A DNA stretch of 64,000 nt from Fidelibacterota bacterium (GTDB lineage: Bacteria; Fidelibacterota; Marinisomatia; SCGC-AAA003-L08; JACNLC01), in assembly GCA_014381725.1 (NCBI GenBank), contig JACNLC010000040.1:21260-85259 (forward strand), given 5' to 3'. The notes beneath the pieces were generated by a model, which saw only the letters and a list, made by a program, of their open reading frames with translations, made no database searches and was not told the DNA's origin. Both the position numbers and the translations under genes were made by a program. Below, in pieces: positions 46,705 to 57,391 of this stretch. Each line of letters starts with the position of its first letter. Position 1 is the first letter of the stretch.

Positions 46705-47780
46705 TGAAAAAAGGGAAAGTTCTCGTTGCAATGTCTGGCGGAGTCGATAGCTCAGTTGCCCTATTAAAAATTCTCGAATTGGGATATAAAGCCGTTGGTG
46801 TTACAATGAAATTATGGGAATATGACGATGTTGGCGGAAACATACTTTCAGATACTAATTGTTGCTCAATCGAATCTGTTACAAAAGCCAAAATGGTTTG
46901 CGATCAGATGGGAATTCCACATTACACTTTAGATTTTACCGATATTTTCAAAAAAGATGTTGTAAATAATTTTATAGAAGAATATCTATCAGGCAGAACT
47001 CCAAATCCGTGCGTTCGGTGTAATTCACATCTCAAATGGGATGCACTGCTTGAGCAGGCAAAAAAACTTAATGCGGATTATATTTCTACTGGTCACTATG
47101 CTAGAATCGAACTTGTCAATGGTGAGTATTTTTTGAAAAAGGGAGTAGATCCGAAAAAAGATCAGTCCTATGTTTTGTGGGGCATCTCAGAGAATACACT
47201 TGAGAAAACTATTTTTCCGCTTGGAGGATTAACCAAATCTGAAGTTCGAGCCATCGCAAAAAAACATAATTTGGAAAGTGCCAACACTCCTGAAAGTCAG
47301 GATATTTGTTTTGTGCCAGATAACAATTATAGTCGTTTTCTTAATGATACTATTCCAAAGGAAATGAAAAATATTCAAGGTGGTGATATCATTGAAAATG
47401 AAAAAGTTGTGGGGACACATAGTGGTTACACAAATTATACAATCGGACAACGAAAAGGATTGGGCTTGTCTAATCCGGAACCGCGATATGTGCGAAAAAT
47501 AAATTCTACAGAAAACACCATTGAAGTTGGTAAAAAAGATTCACTTTTCTCGAACTTGTGCAAAGTTACTGAGGTAAATTGGTTAGTAAATCATCCGGAA
47601 CTTCCTCGTAATGCAGAAGTTCATATTCGGTATAATAGTCCGGGAGCTGAGGCAGAAATAAGCGGAAGTCTAACTGAAGTTTTGGTTACATTTGCTGAAC
47701 CGCAACTCGCTATTACGCCCGGTCAATCTGCTGTTTTTTATGATGGAGATATTGTTCTTGGTGGCGGAGTGATAGTTTAG
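46704..47780 (+). CDS. mnmA: tRNA-specific 2-thiouridylase
   Basis: 358 aa; PP-loop VAMSGGVDSSVA. Start overlaps the desulfurase stop (TGATG). Confidence 0.93.
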   Translation: MKKGKVLVAMSGGVDSSVALLKILELGYKAVGVTMKLWEYDDVGGNILSDTNCCSIESVTKAKMVCDQMGIPHYTLDFTDIFKKDVVNNFIEEYLSGRTPNPCVRCNSHLKWDALLEQAKKLNADYISTGHYARIELVNGEYFLKKGVDPKKDQSYVLWGISENTLEKTIFPLGGLTKSEVRAIAKKHNLESANTPESQDICFVPDNNYSRFLNDTIPKEMKNIQGGDIIENEKVVGTHSGYTNYTIGQRKGLGLSNPEPRYVRKINSTENTIEVGKKDSLFSNLCKVTEVNWLVNHPELPRNAEVHIRYNSPGAEAEISGSLTEVLVTFAEPQLAITPGQSAVFYDGDIVLGGGVIV

Positions 47781-47809
47781 ATTTATGATTTAATATTGGA
47801 ATTTATACA

Positions 47810-48568
47810 ATGAATTATTCTAAAAATAATAATAGACAGTTGTCGGTTGTAATCCTTGCCGCAGGTAAAGGAACAAGGATGAAATCCGATTTACCGAAAG
47901 TGCTTCATGAGGTTGGCAAGATTCCGATGGTAGCCCATACTGTAAGGTTGGCGAAATCCATTGGATCTAAAAAAACAATTGTGGTAATCGGACATAAATA
48001 TGAGTTGGTCGAGCAAGCACTGCAAAATGAATCTGTAGAATTTGCTTACCAACTCGAACAAAAAGGCACCGGTCACGCTGTTGAACAATGTCGCAAACAA
48101 CTACAAAATTTTAGTGGAGATGTGTTAGTTCTATCGGGGGATGTTCCATTGCTTTCTCAACAAACCATCAAGAATTTAATTGATCTTTATTATAAGACCA
48201 AAGCAACTGCATCGTTGCTATCAGCAGATTTTGATGACCCAACAGGATATGGTCGGATAATTAGAAATTCTGATGGAACTTTAAATAGGATTGTGGAACA
48301 TAAAGACGCGGATGAAACTGAACTTGCTGTAAAAGAAATTAATGCAGGAATTTATATCTTCGATTCGCAAACACTTTTTCGGTTAATTTCGGAAATTAAC
48401 AACGAAAATGTGCAACAAGAATACTACCTCCCAGATGTGTTACCGTTAATTTTATCAGAAAAAAATACAGTAAGTGTTGATAAAACCAAATATATTTTGG
48501 AAATTCAAGGGGTAAATACGGAGCAACAATTAGATAAACTAAATGAGGAATATGCTAAACTTCATTAG
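47810..48568 (+). CDS. sugar-1-phosphate nucleotidyltransferase resembling the GlmU N-terminal (uridyltransferase) domain only
   Basis: 252 aa; VILAAGKGTRMKSDLPKVLH, GTGHAV, EINAGIY. No left-handed beta-helix acetyltransferase half. Confidence 0.75.
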   Translation: MNYSKNNNRQLSVVILAAGKGTRMKSDLPKVLHEVGKIPMVAHTVRLAKSIGSKKTIVVIGHKYELVEQALQNESVEFAYQLEQKGTGHAVEQCRKQLQNFSGDVLVLSGDVPLLSQQTIKNLIDLYYKTKATASLLSADFDDPTGYGRIIRNSDGTLNRIVEHKDADETELAVKEINAGIYIFDSQTLFRLISEINNENVQQEYYLPDVLPLILSEKNTVSVDKTKYILEIQGVNTEQQLDKLNEEYAKLH

Positions 48569-48986
48569 ACTTACAATAATAACATTCATCTTTTCCGTCG
48601 GGAACTTGACATTAGGACAGATTCTTTTGCCATCAAATGAGGATTTAACTTTTGCTCAATCCGAAAATTCGTTCTTAAATCCAAACAATTTAACGATGAA
48701 TCAGAGTGTATCATTTATGACATCAACAGGAAAGGGGTTTACAAGTTCCGTCGGGATGTACTCGAATTACATCAATTATCAAATTAATCCAAAATTAAAT
48801 ATATCTACAGGAATTCATTTTATTCAACCATCAAATACAGGGATGTTTGATAATCCAAATAGTCTAAGTTTAAATTATGATTTTCATCTAAATTATCAAA
48901 TTTCTGAGAATTTTCGATTTGAGATGAATGTGTCTAATATCGGGATACAGAATTACAATTACAGAAATTATTTTTTCAATCAATAG
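48543..48986 (+). CDS. hypothetical secreted protein (N/Y/S-rich, beta-strand-like)
   Basis: 147 aa with a signal-like N-terminus and alternating aromatic/polar pattern. No recognisable motif. Confidence 0.45.
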   Translation: MRNMLNFIRLTIITFIFSVGNLTLGQILLPSNEDLTFAQSENSFLNPNNLTMNQSVSFMTSTGKGFTSSVGMYSNYINYQINPKLNISTGIHFIQPSNTGMFDNPNSLSLNYDFHLNYQISENFRFEMNVSNIGIQNYNYRNYFFNQ

Positions 48987-48999
48987 CGGACTGCGTTAA

Positions 49000-49545
49000 A
49001 TGGCAAAAAAGAAGCATAAAAGACAAACTAGGAAAAAGAAAAAATCTACGGATTTCAAAGGATTATTTTCTAATCTTCTTATTTTTGGACTTGTAGTAAT
49101 TGTAATGGGATTTGTTTGGTCTGTAATTAACAACTGGGATTCTGACAAATATTCTAGTTTCGACCCAAAGACTGATTTACCAACCTTAATTACAAAAACA
49201 GACTACGAAAAAGAAACCGGCCATAAAATAAAAGTAGAAGTTTTCAATGGGTGCGGTGAAGAAAATGTGGCAAGTATGTTTACTGACTTTTTTAGAACTG
49301 AAGGATTTGATGTACTAAATTCAGGAAATGCTGACCACTTTGGATATCCAAATACTCAAGTTATTTTACGGCAGGGTGAACGCGAAATTGCTGAAGAAGT
49401 AGCCAAATCCCTAAAAATCGATTTTCCAGATATAATCATAAAAAAAGACCCATATCTGTTTATTGATGTAACTATTATCATCGGAAATGATTGGGATAAC
49501 TTAGACTCATTCGGAGATGTTATAAAATTCAACCCTATTTTCTAA
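49000..49545 (+). CDS. LytR_C-domain membrane-anchored protein
   Basis: 181 aa. Basic N-terminus plus one TM; VEVFNGCGEENVASMFTDFFRTEGFDVLNSGNADHFGYPNTQVI matches the LytR/CpsA/Psr C-terminal domain pattern. Confidence 0.7.
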   Translation: MAKKKHKRQTRKKKKSTDFKGLFSNLLIFGLVVIVMGFVWSVINNWDSDKYSSFDPKTDLPTLITKTDYEKETGHKIKVEVFNGCGEENVASMFTDFFRTEGFDVLNSGNADHFGYPNTQVILRQGEREIAEEVAKSLKIDFPDIIIKKDPYLFIDVTIIIGNDWDNLDSFGDVIKFNPIF

Positions 49546-49569
49546 TTTTCATTCAAAACGAAATCCATA

Positions 49570-49950
49570 ATGACTAAAAAACAAGTTAAAAACGAACCTG
49601 CAAAGGATATTGCACTTAAAATATCTGAATTAATAGCAAGTAAAAAAGGTAACAACATTAAAATTTTTGATGTCCGCAAACTTACTACACTTACTGATTT
49701 TTTTATAGTTTGTTCATCAGAATCAAATCCACAAACAATGGCGATTGTTAATACTGTTGTAAACGAAATGAAAAAGGATGATATCCGTCCATGGCATGTT
49801 GAGGGGATGGAACATCAGCAGTGGATTTTGATTGATTATGTGAATATTGTTGTCCATATTTTTAAAGATGATGTCCGAGATTATTACGAAATTGAACGAT
49901 TGTGGGCTGATGCGGAGATTACAACCGTTGAAGATGAACAGGATAAATGA
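49570..49950 (+). CDS. rsfS: ribosomal silencing factor
   Basis: 126 aa; LTDFFIVCS..., DYVNIVVHIF, ERLWADA. Confidence 0.9.
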   Translation: MTKKQVKNEPAKDIALKISELIASKKGNNIKIFDVRKLTTLTDFFIVCSSESNPQTMAIVNTVVNEMKKDDIRPWHVEGMEHQQWILIDYVNIVVHIFKDDVRDYYEIERLWADAEITTVEDEQDK

Positions 49951-51581
49951 AAGATAACATAATATCCAAAATTGAACTTGCTTTAAAATCGTTAGATTTT
50001 CCGATTCATAAAATTACTGTTGAAATTCCACGAAATCCAGACCACGGCGATTTTTCAACAAACATTGCTATGACTTTGGTTAAGGTTGTAAAACAAGCAC
50101 CACAGAAAATTGCACAACAAATTATTCAGCAACTTTTTAATGACAACAACGATAATTTTTTCGAAGATATTACCCTCGCAGGACCTGGATTTATCAACTT
50201 CAAAATTAATCCGAATTTTGTGAACTCACAATTGAAAGATATTTTAGTTAAATCCGAGAATTATGGGAAATCAGAAATTGGAAATGGACAAACAGTTTTA
50301 GTTGAGTTTGTTAGTGCAAATCCCACAGGACCATTAACTGTCGGACACGGCAGAGGTGCAATCTTAGGGGATACTGTCGGAAATATTCTTGAGTGGAATG
50401 GATACACCGTTCAACGAGAGTATTATTTTAACGATGCCGGAAGGCAGATGCGAGTTTTAGCTCAATCAGTTTATGCTCGATATTTAGAGACTCTTGGAGA
50501 ATCATTTACATTTCCCGAAGACGGATATCAGGGAGAATACATTCATGATATTGCTCGGACTATTTTTCAAAAACACGGTGATTCTCTCAAAGATCAATCA
50601 GATTCTGAGATATTTAAGAAAACTGCTGAATCAATCATATTCGAAGATATTAAGAAATCCTTATCAAATCTCGGAGTAATATTCGATACATTTTTCAACG
50701 AGCATACTTTGTATGATTCCGGTGAGATTGAAGAAGTTTTGAATGTGTTTCGGGATAAAAAACTACTCTACGAAAAAGATAATGCAACTTGGTTTAAAGG
50801 CACTGCGGTTGGGCGAAATGTTGATAAAGTCCTTATCAAAAGCACAGGTGAACCAACCTACCGTTTACCAGATATCGCCTATCACCAAAATAAATTTCGA
50901 CGAAATTACGATTTAATTGTGGATGTATTTGGAGCAGACCACGCCGATACTATTCCTGATGTAATAGCTGGGATTAAAGAACTTGATTTTTCCGATGAAA
51001 AAATGAAAGTATTGATTCACCAATTTGTTACAATAATGAAAGATGGTGTTCAAGTGAAAATGTCCACTCGAAAAGCCACTTTTATAACTCTTGATGAACT
51101 GTCGAATGATGTTGGAGTTGATGTCGTTCGGTATTTTTTCTTGATGCGAGGGATGAATACACATCTGAATTTCGACATCAATCTTGCGAAAAATCAATCA
51201 GATGAAAATCCAGTTTTTTATCTGCAATATGCTCACGCAAGAGTGTGCAATATCTTGAAAAGAGCAGAAGCATTTGGTCATCAGTTAAATTCTGCAGTAG
51301 ATTTATCATTATTGAATGAAGATATTGAAAATCAACTGATCAGGAAATTGCTAGAATTCCCCGAAGTAGTTACAAATTCTGCAGAATCACTTGAGCCACA
51401 ACCAATTGCAAATTATTTGAATGATTTGTCGGGATTTTTTCATAAATTTTACGCTCATCACCGCGTTATATCAGACGATAACGAACTTACTGAAGCTCGT
51501 TTACTTCTAACTAAATCTGTGAAAATTGTTTTGGCAAACGGTTTAAAGATTCTCGGGATTTCTGCGCCGGAAAGGATGTAA
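49947..51581 (+). CDS. argS: arginine--tRNA ligase
   Basis: 544 aa; SANPTGPLTVGHGR (HIGH region), typical C-terminal anticodon-binding domain ending ...RM. Confidence 0.93.
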   Translation: MKDNIISKIELALKSLDFPIHKITVEIPRNPDHGDFSTNIAMTLVKVVKQAPQKIAQQIIQQLFNDNNDNFFEDITLAGPGFINFKINPNFVNSQLKDILVKSENYGKSEIGNGQTVLVEFVSANPTGPLTVGHGRGAILGDTVGNILEWNGYTVQREYYFNDAGRQMRVLAQSVYARYLETLGESFTFPEDGYQGEYIHDIARTIFQKHGDSLKDQSDSEIFKKTAESIIFEDIKKSLSNLGVIFDTFFNEHTLYDSGEIEEVLNVFRDKKLLYEKDNATWFKGTAVGRNVDKVLIKSTGEPTYRLPDIAYHQNKFRRNYDLIVDVFGADHADTIPDVIAGIKELDFSDEKMKVLIHQFVTIMKDGVQVKMSTRKATFITLDELSNDVGVDVVRYFFLMRGMNTHLNFDINLAKNQSDENPVFYLQYAHARVCNILKRAEAFGHQLNSAVDLSLLNEDIENQLIRKLLEFPEVVTNSAESLEPQPIANYLNDLSGFFHKFYAHHRVISDDNELTEARLLLTKSVKIVLANGLKILGISAPERM

Positions 51582-51582
51582 A

Positions 51583-52239
51583 ATGGCAGATATTTTTCAA
51601 CAATTATTCCCATTTTTTCTTTTAGCATTTTCATCGTTATTTACGCTTGTAAATCCTATTGGGCTCAGTCCAACATTTCTATCGTTAATTTCAGATTTTG
51701 GCGAACATGAAAAGAAGAGAATTACCAGGAAAGGAATAATTACAGCAACTGTTGTATTAATTATTTTTTCTTTAATTGGAAATTTAATTTTCTCATTTTT
51801 TGGGATTACGCTCCACGCCTTTAGAATTGCGGGTGGAATTTTATTCTTCAAAATTGGTCTCAATATGTTAGAATCTAAAGTCTCCAGAACTAAGTCCACT
51901 CCAAAGGAATCTGAGGAAGCACAAAGTAAAGATGAAATTGCATATACACCAATTGGGATTCCACTTATCGCAGGTCCCGGAGCAATTACATCAGTTATGA
52001 TTTTATCTTCTGAAGCGTCAACGGTATCAATGAAAATCGTATTTTTCTCAACTATTTTTATAGTTATGATTTTAACCTATTTCATTTTTATGACTGCTGA
52101 TTATATGTCAAAAAGATTTGGGACTACCGGTTTACGCATTTTGCAACGAATTATGGGATTGATTCTGATGGTGATCGCTGTGCAATTTGTAATTGATGGG
52201 CTAACACCAGTTATTAAAGGTTGGATAGGAACAATTTAA
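51583..52239 (+). CDS. MarC/UPF0056 family membrane protein
   Basis: 218 aa with six TM helices; FTLVNPIG and IGIPLIAGPGAI motifs. Confidence 0.8.
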   Translation: MADIFQQLFPFFLLAFSSLFTLVNPIGLSPTFLSLISDFGEHEKKRITRKGIITATVVLIIFSLIGNLIFSFFGITLHAFRIAGGILFFKIGLNMLESKVSRTKSTPKESEEAQSKDEIAYTPIGIPLIAGPGAITSVMILSSEASTVSMKIVFFSTIFIVMILTYFIFMTADYMSKRFGTTGLRILQRIMGLILMVIAVQFVIDGLTPVIKGWIGTI

Positions 52240-52274
52240 CTTAATTCTAAAATCGATGTTCGTTAATCGATATT

Positions 52275-52306
52275 CAAAAAATAAGGGCAAGTTTGCACTC
52301 GCCCTT
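52275..52306 (-). terminator. rho-independent terminator of the giant surface-protein gene
   Basis: The minus strand reads AAGGGCGAGU-gcaa-ACUUGCCCUU followed by AUUUUUUG. Confidence 0.7.
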
Positions 52307-52327
52307 ACGATTAGTCCTGAAACCTTC

Positions 52328-52386
52328 ACAACAAAAATGACGAAGCTCTGAACTTGATTTATTTCGTCTGTTCGTCCGTTCGTTGT
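52328..52386 (-). repeat. copy A of a conserved about 60-nt structured 3'-flank element
   Basis: Minus strand: ACAACGAACGGACGAACAGACGAAAUAAAUCAAGUUCAGAGCUUCGUCAUUUUUGUUGU. Shares the core AGACGAAA(A)UAAA(U/A)CAAGUUCA(G/U)AG with copy B. Stems ACAAC/GUUGU and GACGAA/UUCGUC. Confidence 0.6.
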
Positions 52387-52404
52387 TTATTTTTCAATTT
52401 TCTC

Positions 52405-55400
52405 CTACTTCAACAACAACATCTTCTGAGTACTTACATCTTCACCAGCTGTCATTCTAACAAAATATAATCCACTTGGTTGATTATCTGCATTCCAAGT
52501 TATTTGATGATAACCAGCTTCTACTTGTTCGTTTACCAATGTTTCTACAAGTTTACCAGCAATGTTGTAAATTTGTAGAGACAAACGGCCGTTTGTCTCT
52601 ACCGCATAGTTAATTGTTGTTGTCGGATTAAATGGATTTGGATAGTTTTGAGATAAACTATATTCATCTGGAATCACTACTGCTCTAAGAAGTATCGGAT
52701 CAATATCATTTCCTATGATTCCGTTAATCTCAAATGTAAGATTATCTAATACTTCTATCTCTGTATTAGTTTCAGATTGATAAACTCTAAAACTAAGTTC
52801 ATCTCCATTTTCTCCGTATGTCATTAGGTTAATGGTGTAACTATCTGTTAATGGGAAGTAAGTTGGAACTGCTGTTCCTCTGCACTCTCCATTCACAAAT
52901 ACTCCTAATTGATCATCTTCTGATATCTGTATTCCATCAATCTCAACATCTGCTGTAATCGTCATATTATGCTCAAATTGGTGTGGATTGACTGACCAAT
53001 GGAAATCTATAGAAGCTTCATCATTCCTAACCAATCCATCAGGAATACCATAAATAAGTGTCGCTGATGCATTCATATTAATCATATAGCCATCGCCTGG
53101 ATTTAGAGAATCCATTCCGTACCAGCCAAAACCTTCGTAATAGGTGGCAAACTCAGTTTGGCTTTTTATTAGATTAGCATTTTCTCCTATACTTGCTAAA
53201 GCACTCTCTAAATTATTTAGAGCTTGTGGCAAGTATCCAATCCAATTCCAACCACTTGATAGAGCAATTGGAATGTTTTGGTAATCTACTGCAGTTCCTT
53301 CAAGTACTAAATCTGCTGATGTAGTCATCTGAATCATATACATACTCGTAACATCAATCGCATCAAGCCCGTACCAACCGAAACCTTCGTAATAGGTGGC
53401 AAATTCAGTCTGATTTTTAATTAGAGTAGCGTTTTCACCAAGTGAATACAATACATTGTCCAAACTCATATCATCATTTTCAATATTTATTGAAAACCAA
53501 TTCCACCCAGTTGCAAGAGGAATCGTTTGAGTTACAAAATCATTTACTTCATTCACTGTAATCGTTACATACGCGGGACTCGGCGAGTCAAATTCACCAT
53601 CATTCGCAATGAAAGAAAATGTGTCATAGCCAAAATAATCCGCATTCGGCGTGTAAGTCAAATTCGGTGCATCACCCGATAATGTACCATAAATTGGTTC
53701 TTCCACAATGATAAATGTCAAATTATCGCCTTCTGCATCATCCGCTGTCAAAATAATCTCAACTGCAGTGTCTTCGTTCGTTTCAACTTCCATGCCATTC
53801 GCAATCGGTGGCGTATTGTCAATCACATCGTTTACAACAATTTGCACCAACGCGATTTCCGAATCCAACATTCCGTCACTGACATAATAATAAAATCCAT
53901 CTACACCATACCAATCAGCATCTGGAGTGTAAGTCAGATTGGGTAAATCGCCTGAAAGTGTTCCGTGTTCGGGAAGTAATTCTGGCAAATGGAGAAAATA
54001 TGTCAACCAATCGCCATCAGCATCGCTACCAGTGAGTGTAATCTCAACCGCAACATCTTCATCGGTGGCAACATAAATATTATAAGCGATTGGCGGGTTA
54101 TTTACATAACAGACACCTAAGGCACCCATATTTGTACCATTTTCACCAGTCCCGACACAAGGTGAATTCTCTGTTAGATGATAATCATAGTTTTCGACAT
54201 CGCAAAAAAGCGGGTCCGCGTCAATATTCCCTGTTCCATCCCAACCACCTTGAATATCGCTGTAAGATACATTTGATCCTGTACCCCACCAACTATCATA
54301 TTCAATTTGAGATGGCGTATTGTCCCATACAATCGAATTGATAATATCTGTTTCTGAGTAATAAGGTAAAACTCCACCACCAGCATCATACGGATTTTCT
54401 GCAGAATTATTGACAATAGTGCAATTGGTGATTTCAGTTTCTGTATAATTTAAGAAAAATCCTCCACCTTGTAGACTTGCAGAATTTCCAACAACTTCAA
54501 CATTTTCCAATTTAAGAACAGGAGAATTAATTGAATAAACAGCTCCTCCATTTCCATTAGCAGAATTATTATTTATTTTTGATGAATTAACAGAAATATT
54601 TGATGTGTAAGAAACATATATTGCACCTCCGTGTTGACTTGATATATTTTCATTTATTTCGGAATTTTCAAATGAAGAATTTTCTGAAAAATAAATAAAA
54701 ACTGCACCTCCATCAACACTTGCAGAATTATTTTCCATAGTTACACCATCAAAATTCGCACCAGGACTGTAATCCAATAAAACCGCACCTCCGTTGTTAA
54801 CAGTTGTGTTTCCGCTTATTTCACAATTCAAAAATGTAGGAGTTAATAAGTCATACACATATATACCACCACCACTATGAGTAGAACTATTATTGTTGAT
54901 TAATGAGTTTTCGCAAGTTGGACTTTCACTATTGTAAAAATAAATTCCTCCACCATCATAATTAGAAGTATTCCCCACTATTTCACAATTGATTAAATGA
55001 GCATTATCGGTAAAATAAGTTGATAAGCCACCACCGCTCAAACCCTCGTTATTTGTAATGATTACTTCACTCAAAGTCGCATTATCTGAATAATCAAAAT
55101 AAACTCCTCCACCATGATGTGAAGATATATTTTCACTAACTGTAACCGAACTTGTATTTGAATTTTCAGAGTAGTAATAAAAAATACCTGCACCCTGATA
55201 AGCTGAATTGCCAGTGATTATCAAATCTGAAATTGTTGGACTTGGAACATAATACAAATATAACCCACCACCATTCCCTTGAATTGATTTATTATTGATT
55301 ATAGTTGCTCCCGATAAATCCAAATTACTGGTTTCATAGATGTAAATTCCTCCTCCACTTTCTGGCGCTGTATTGTTAGAAACTGTTACACCAGAAAATG

Positions 55401-57147
55401 AAGTTTGAGATTCTGAAATGAATATTCCTGCTCCGGAATCATCAACGATATTTGAATCAACCACAACATTTGTTAAGAATAAATCTGACCCACCTTCGGC
55501 GAATATCCCACCACCCCTATAAGCATTGTTATGAGATATAGTTGTATTTTCCAATGACGGACTTGAATTATCTTCGCACAATATACCACCTCCATCAACA
55601 GTTGCTATATTACCTGATATGGTGCATCCACTTAATGTAGCGTTTGAATTATTTTTACAAACTAATCCACCACCTTTGTAACCTACATTATTGATAAAAG
55701 ATACATTTGTTAGTATTGGGTTAGAACCACTGTAACATAACATTCCACCTGCATACTGTTCGCTAGAGTTTCCTGAAAAAATACAATCATTTAATATTGG
55801 ACTAGAATTATTTCCACAAAGTAATCCACCAACGGTGTAACCAACATTTTCTAAAAATGTTACTCTTGTCAAAGTTGGGTTAGAATTATTTTGGCAAACC
55901 ATTCCACCGCCTTGCAAGTAAGAATCACTATCTTTGATAGTTACATCTAAAATAGTTGGGCTTGCGTTATTACAATACACAGCACCCATACTGTAATCCG
56001 AGCCGTTAACTATTGTAAGTTGTTCTGCAGATGAGTTTTCTGTATTCTCAAATATTAAAATAGTTGAGTTTTCCTCTCCATCCAATATTGTGATTTCTTC
56101 ACCTGCACCCACAAGTGAAACCCAATCAACCATAGTTAGTGGGAATTGTTCGCCATTTGTAGAAGCAGAGTAAGTGCCTGCTTCTAAATGAATTACTACA
56201 GGATTTTCTGAAGAACCGTAAACTAAACTCATTGCATAAGCTATTGTTAAAAATGGTGAACTTTCTGAACCATCATTGTCATCACTTCCGTTGATAGAAA
56301 CGAACACATCGTTTGTGATTGCTTCAGCTTCACCATTACCACCACCAAAATCAAAAGTAGAATTATCAGAATTAGCCCAATAATTGGATACTTCTTCTTC
56401 ATCTGAATTATACACATCAAAAAATCCATTAGACATATCAATTGTAGTTTCATAACCTTCAATAATTATAGAATTACCTGATTCTGCCCAGTTATCATCA
56501 AAAATATTGTCAGTAAAATTGAGTGAATCCTCACGATTAACTTGATAAATTGCAGAACTCCAATTATTTCTTGTTTCGTCAAAATCAATTCCAGTGCCCT
56601 CATAACCGTAAACTGCTCCACCACTATTAACTCGGTCTTCTGAACCAGAATCTCCATTATTTTTAAAGTGGTTATTATTTACATTTGGATAAGTATTCAT
56701 TATCATCATTCCACCACCAACTGTTTTTTGTGTTTGTTGGGGACCATTTGGAGTATCAATGGTTTTCTGTACTTTAGTACCTTTACCACCTCTTACAGTA
56801 AAACCCGTAAATTCAGTTCGGATATCATCATCAATGCGATTGCTACCGTTCAAAAACAGAACACAACTTCCATAAGTAGAACCAGATGGTGCTGAGCTAC
56901 CATCAATTATTGTATTCTCCCTATGAGAAATATCTCCGTCAATAATATAGTGACTTGCAAGAATGATGTTTTTATCTAAAGTTAAATTCTCAAAATAAGT
57001 TCCATCTGCAACAAGAACAGTATCGCCCTCTGCAGCAACATTAATTCCGAGTTGTATTGTGTTAAAATCACCGGGAATATTTATAATTGTTGCGTTTAGA
57101 ATAGAAATCAAAAAAACAAGTAGTTGAATAATTATTAGCTTTTTCAT
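52405..57147 (-). CDS. 1580-aa T9SS-sorted surface protein: parallel beta-helix repeats + two cadherin-like domains + paralog-shared modules + Por_Secre_tail CTD
   Basis: Signal peptide. More than 20 consecutive about 23-aa units of type NxxxxxNxAxxxGGG(I/V)Y (about 54340-56000). Two PPIA...TDEDxAVEIxLT...GDxLT...YTPxADxxGxDxF domains (about 53545-54100). C-terminal YSLSQNYPNPFNPTTTINY...SGLYFVRM...QKMLLLK. Confidence 0.88.
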   Translation of the reverse strand: MKKLIIIQLLVFLISILNATIINIPGDFNTIQLGINVAAEGDTVLVADGTYFENLTLDKNIILASHYIIDGDISHRENTIIDGSSAPSGSTYGSCVLFLNGSNRIDDDIRTEFTGFTVRGGKGTKVQKTIDTPNGPQQTQKTVGGGMMIMNTYPNVNNNHFKNNGDSGSEDRVNSGGAVYGYEGTGIDFDETRNNWSSAIYQVNREDSLNFTDNIFDDNWAESGNSIIIEGYETTIDMSNGFFDVYNSDEEEVSNYWANSDNSTFDFGGGNGEAEAITNDVFVSINGSDDNDGSESSPFLTIAYAMSLVYGSSENPVVIHLEAGTYSASTNGEQFPLTMVDWVSLVGAGEEITILDGEENSTILIFENTENSSAEQLTIVNGSDYSMGAVYCNNASPTILDVTIKDSDSYLQGGGMVCQNNSNPTLTRVTFLENVGYTVGGLLCGNNSSPILNDCIFSGNSSEQYAGGMLCYSGSNPILTNVSFINNVGYKGGGLVCKNNSNATLSGCTISGNIATVDGGGILCEDNSSPSLENTTISHNNAYRGGGIFAEGGSDLFLTNVVVDSNIVDDSGAGIFISESQTSFSGVTVSNNTAPESGGGIYIYETSNLDLSGATIINNKSIQGNGGGLYLYYVPSPTISDLIITGNSAYQGAGIFYYYSENSNTSSVTVSENISSHHGGGVYFDYSDNATLSEVIITNNEGLSGGGLSTYFTDNAHLINCEIVGNTSNYDGGGIYFYNSESPTCENSLINNNSSTHSGGGIYVYDLLTPTFLNCEISGNTTVNNGGAVLLDYSPGANFDGVTMENNSASVDGGAVFIYFSENSSFENSEINENISSQHGGAIYVSYTSNISVNSSKINNNSANGNGGAVYSINSPVLKLENVEVVGNSASLQGGGFFLNYTETEITNCTIVNNSAENPYDAGGGVLPYYSETDIINSIVWDNTPSQIEYDSWWGTGSNVSYSDIQGGWDGTGNIDADPLFCDVENYDYHLTENSPCVGTGENGTNMGALGVCYVNNPPIAYNIYVATDEDVAVEITLTGSDADGDWLTYFLHLPELLPEHGTLSGDLPNLTYTPDADWYGVDGFYYYVSDGMLDSEIALVQIVVNDVIDNTPPIANGMEVETNEDTAVEIILTADDAEGDNLTFIIVEEPIYGTLSGDAPNLTYTPNADYFGYDTFSFIANDGEFDSPSPAYVTITVNEVNDFVTQTIPLATGWNWFSINIENDDMSLDNVLYSLGENATLIKNQTEFATYYEGFGWYGLDAIDVTSMYMIQMTTSADLVLEGTAVDYQNIPIALSSGWNWIGYLPQALNNLESALASIGENANLIKSQTEFATYYEGFGWYGMDSLNPGDGYMINMNASATLIYGIPDGLVRNDEASIDFHWSVNPHQFEHNMTITADVEIDGIQISEDDQLGVFVNGECRGTAVPTYFPLTDSYTINLMTYGENGDELSFRVYQSETNTEIEVLDNLTFEINGIIGNDIDPILLRAVVIPDEYSLSQNYPNPFNPTTTINYAVETNGRLSLQIYNIAGKLVETLVNEQVEAGYHQITWNADNQPSGLYFVRMTAGEDVSTQKMLLLK

Positions 57148-57391
57148 TGGTAAATCTCCTAATCTTAATGTATTAAGTTACTAAAGCTTTGAATATTATT
57201 GTGAATATTATTTTTCACCAACACAATAAAACACTGTTCCATCATTGCAAAAATCCATTTTGTAAACTAATATTCGGTGGTAATATAGAATGTTTTAGGT
57301 TTATATACTGTGATTATACTCACAATATTTCATATGAATAAACAGCAATGAGCTTGTGCAAATTTAAACTAAGCATCCTTGTAACTTTACT

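Noticed and set aside
54340-56000. Strong about 69-nt periodicity in the nucleotide sequence, considered as a CRISPR array or non-coding tandem repeat
   Set aside because: The periodicity is in-frame and encodes the parallel beta-helix coil (N..N.A...GGG.Y). The units vary in length and sequence and have no repeat/spacer alternation.
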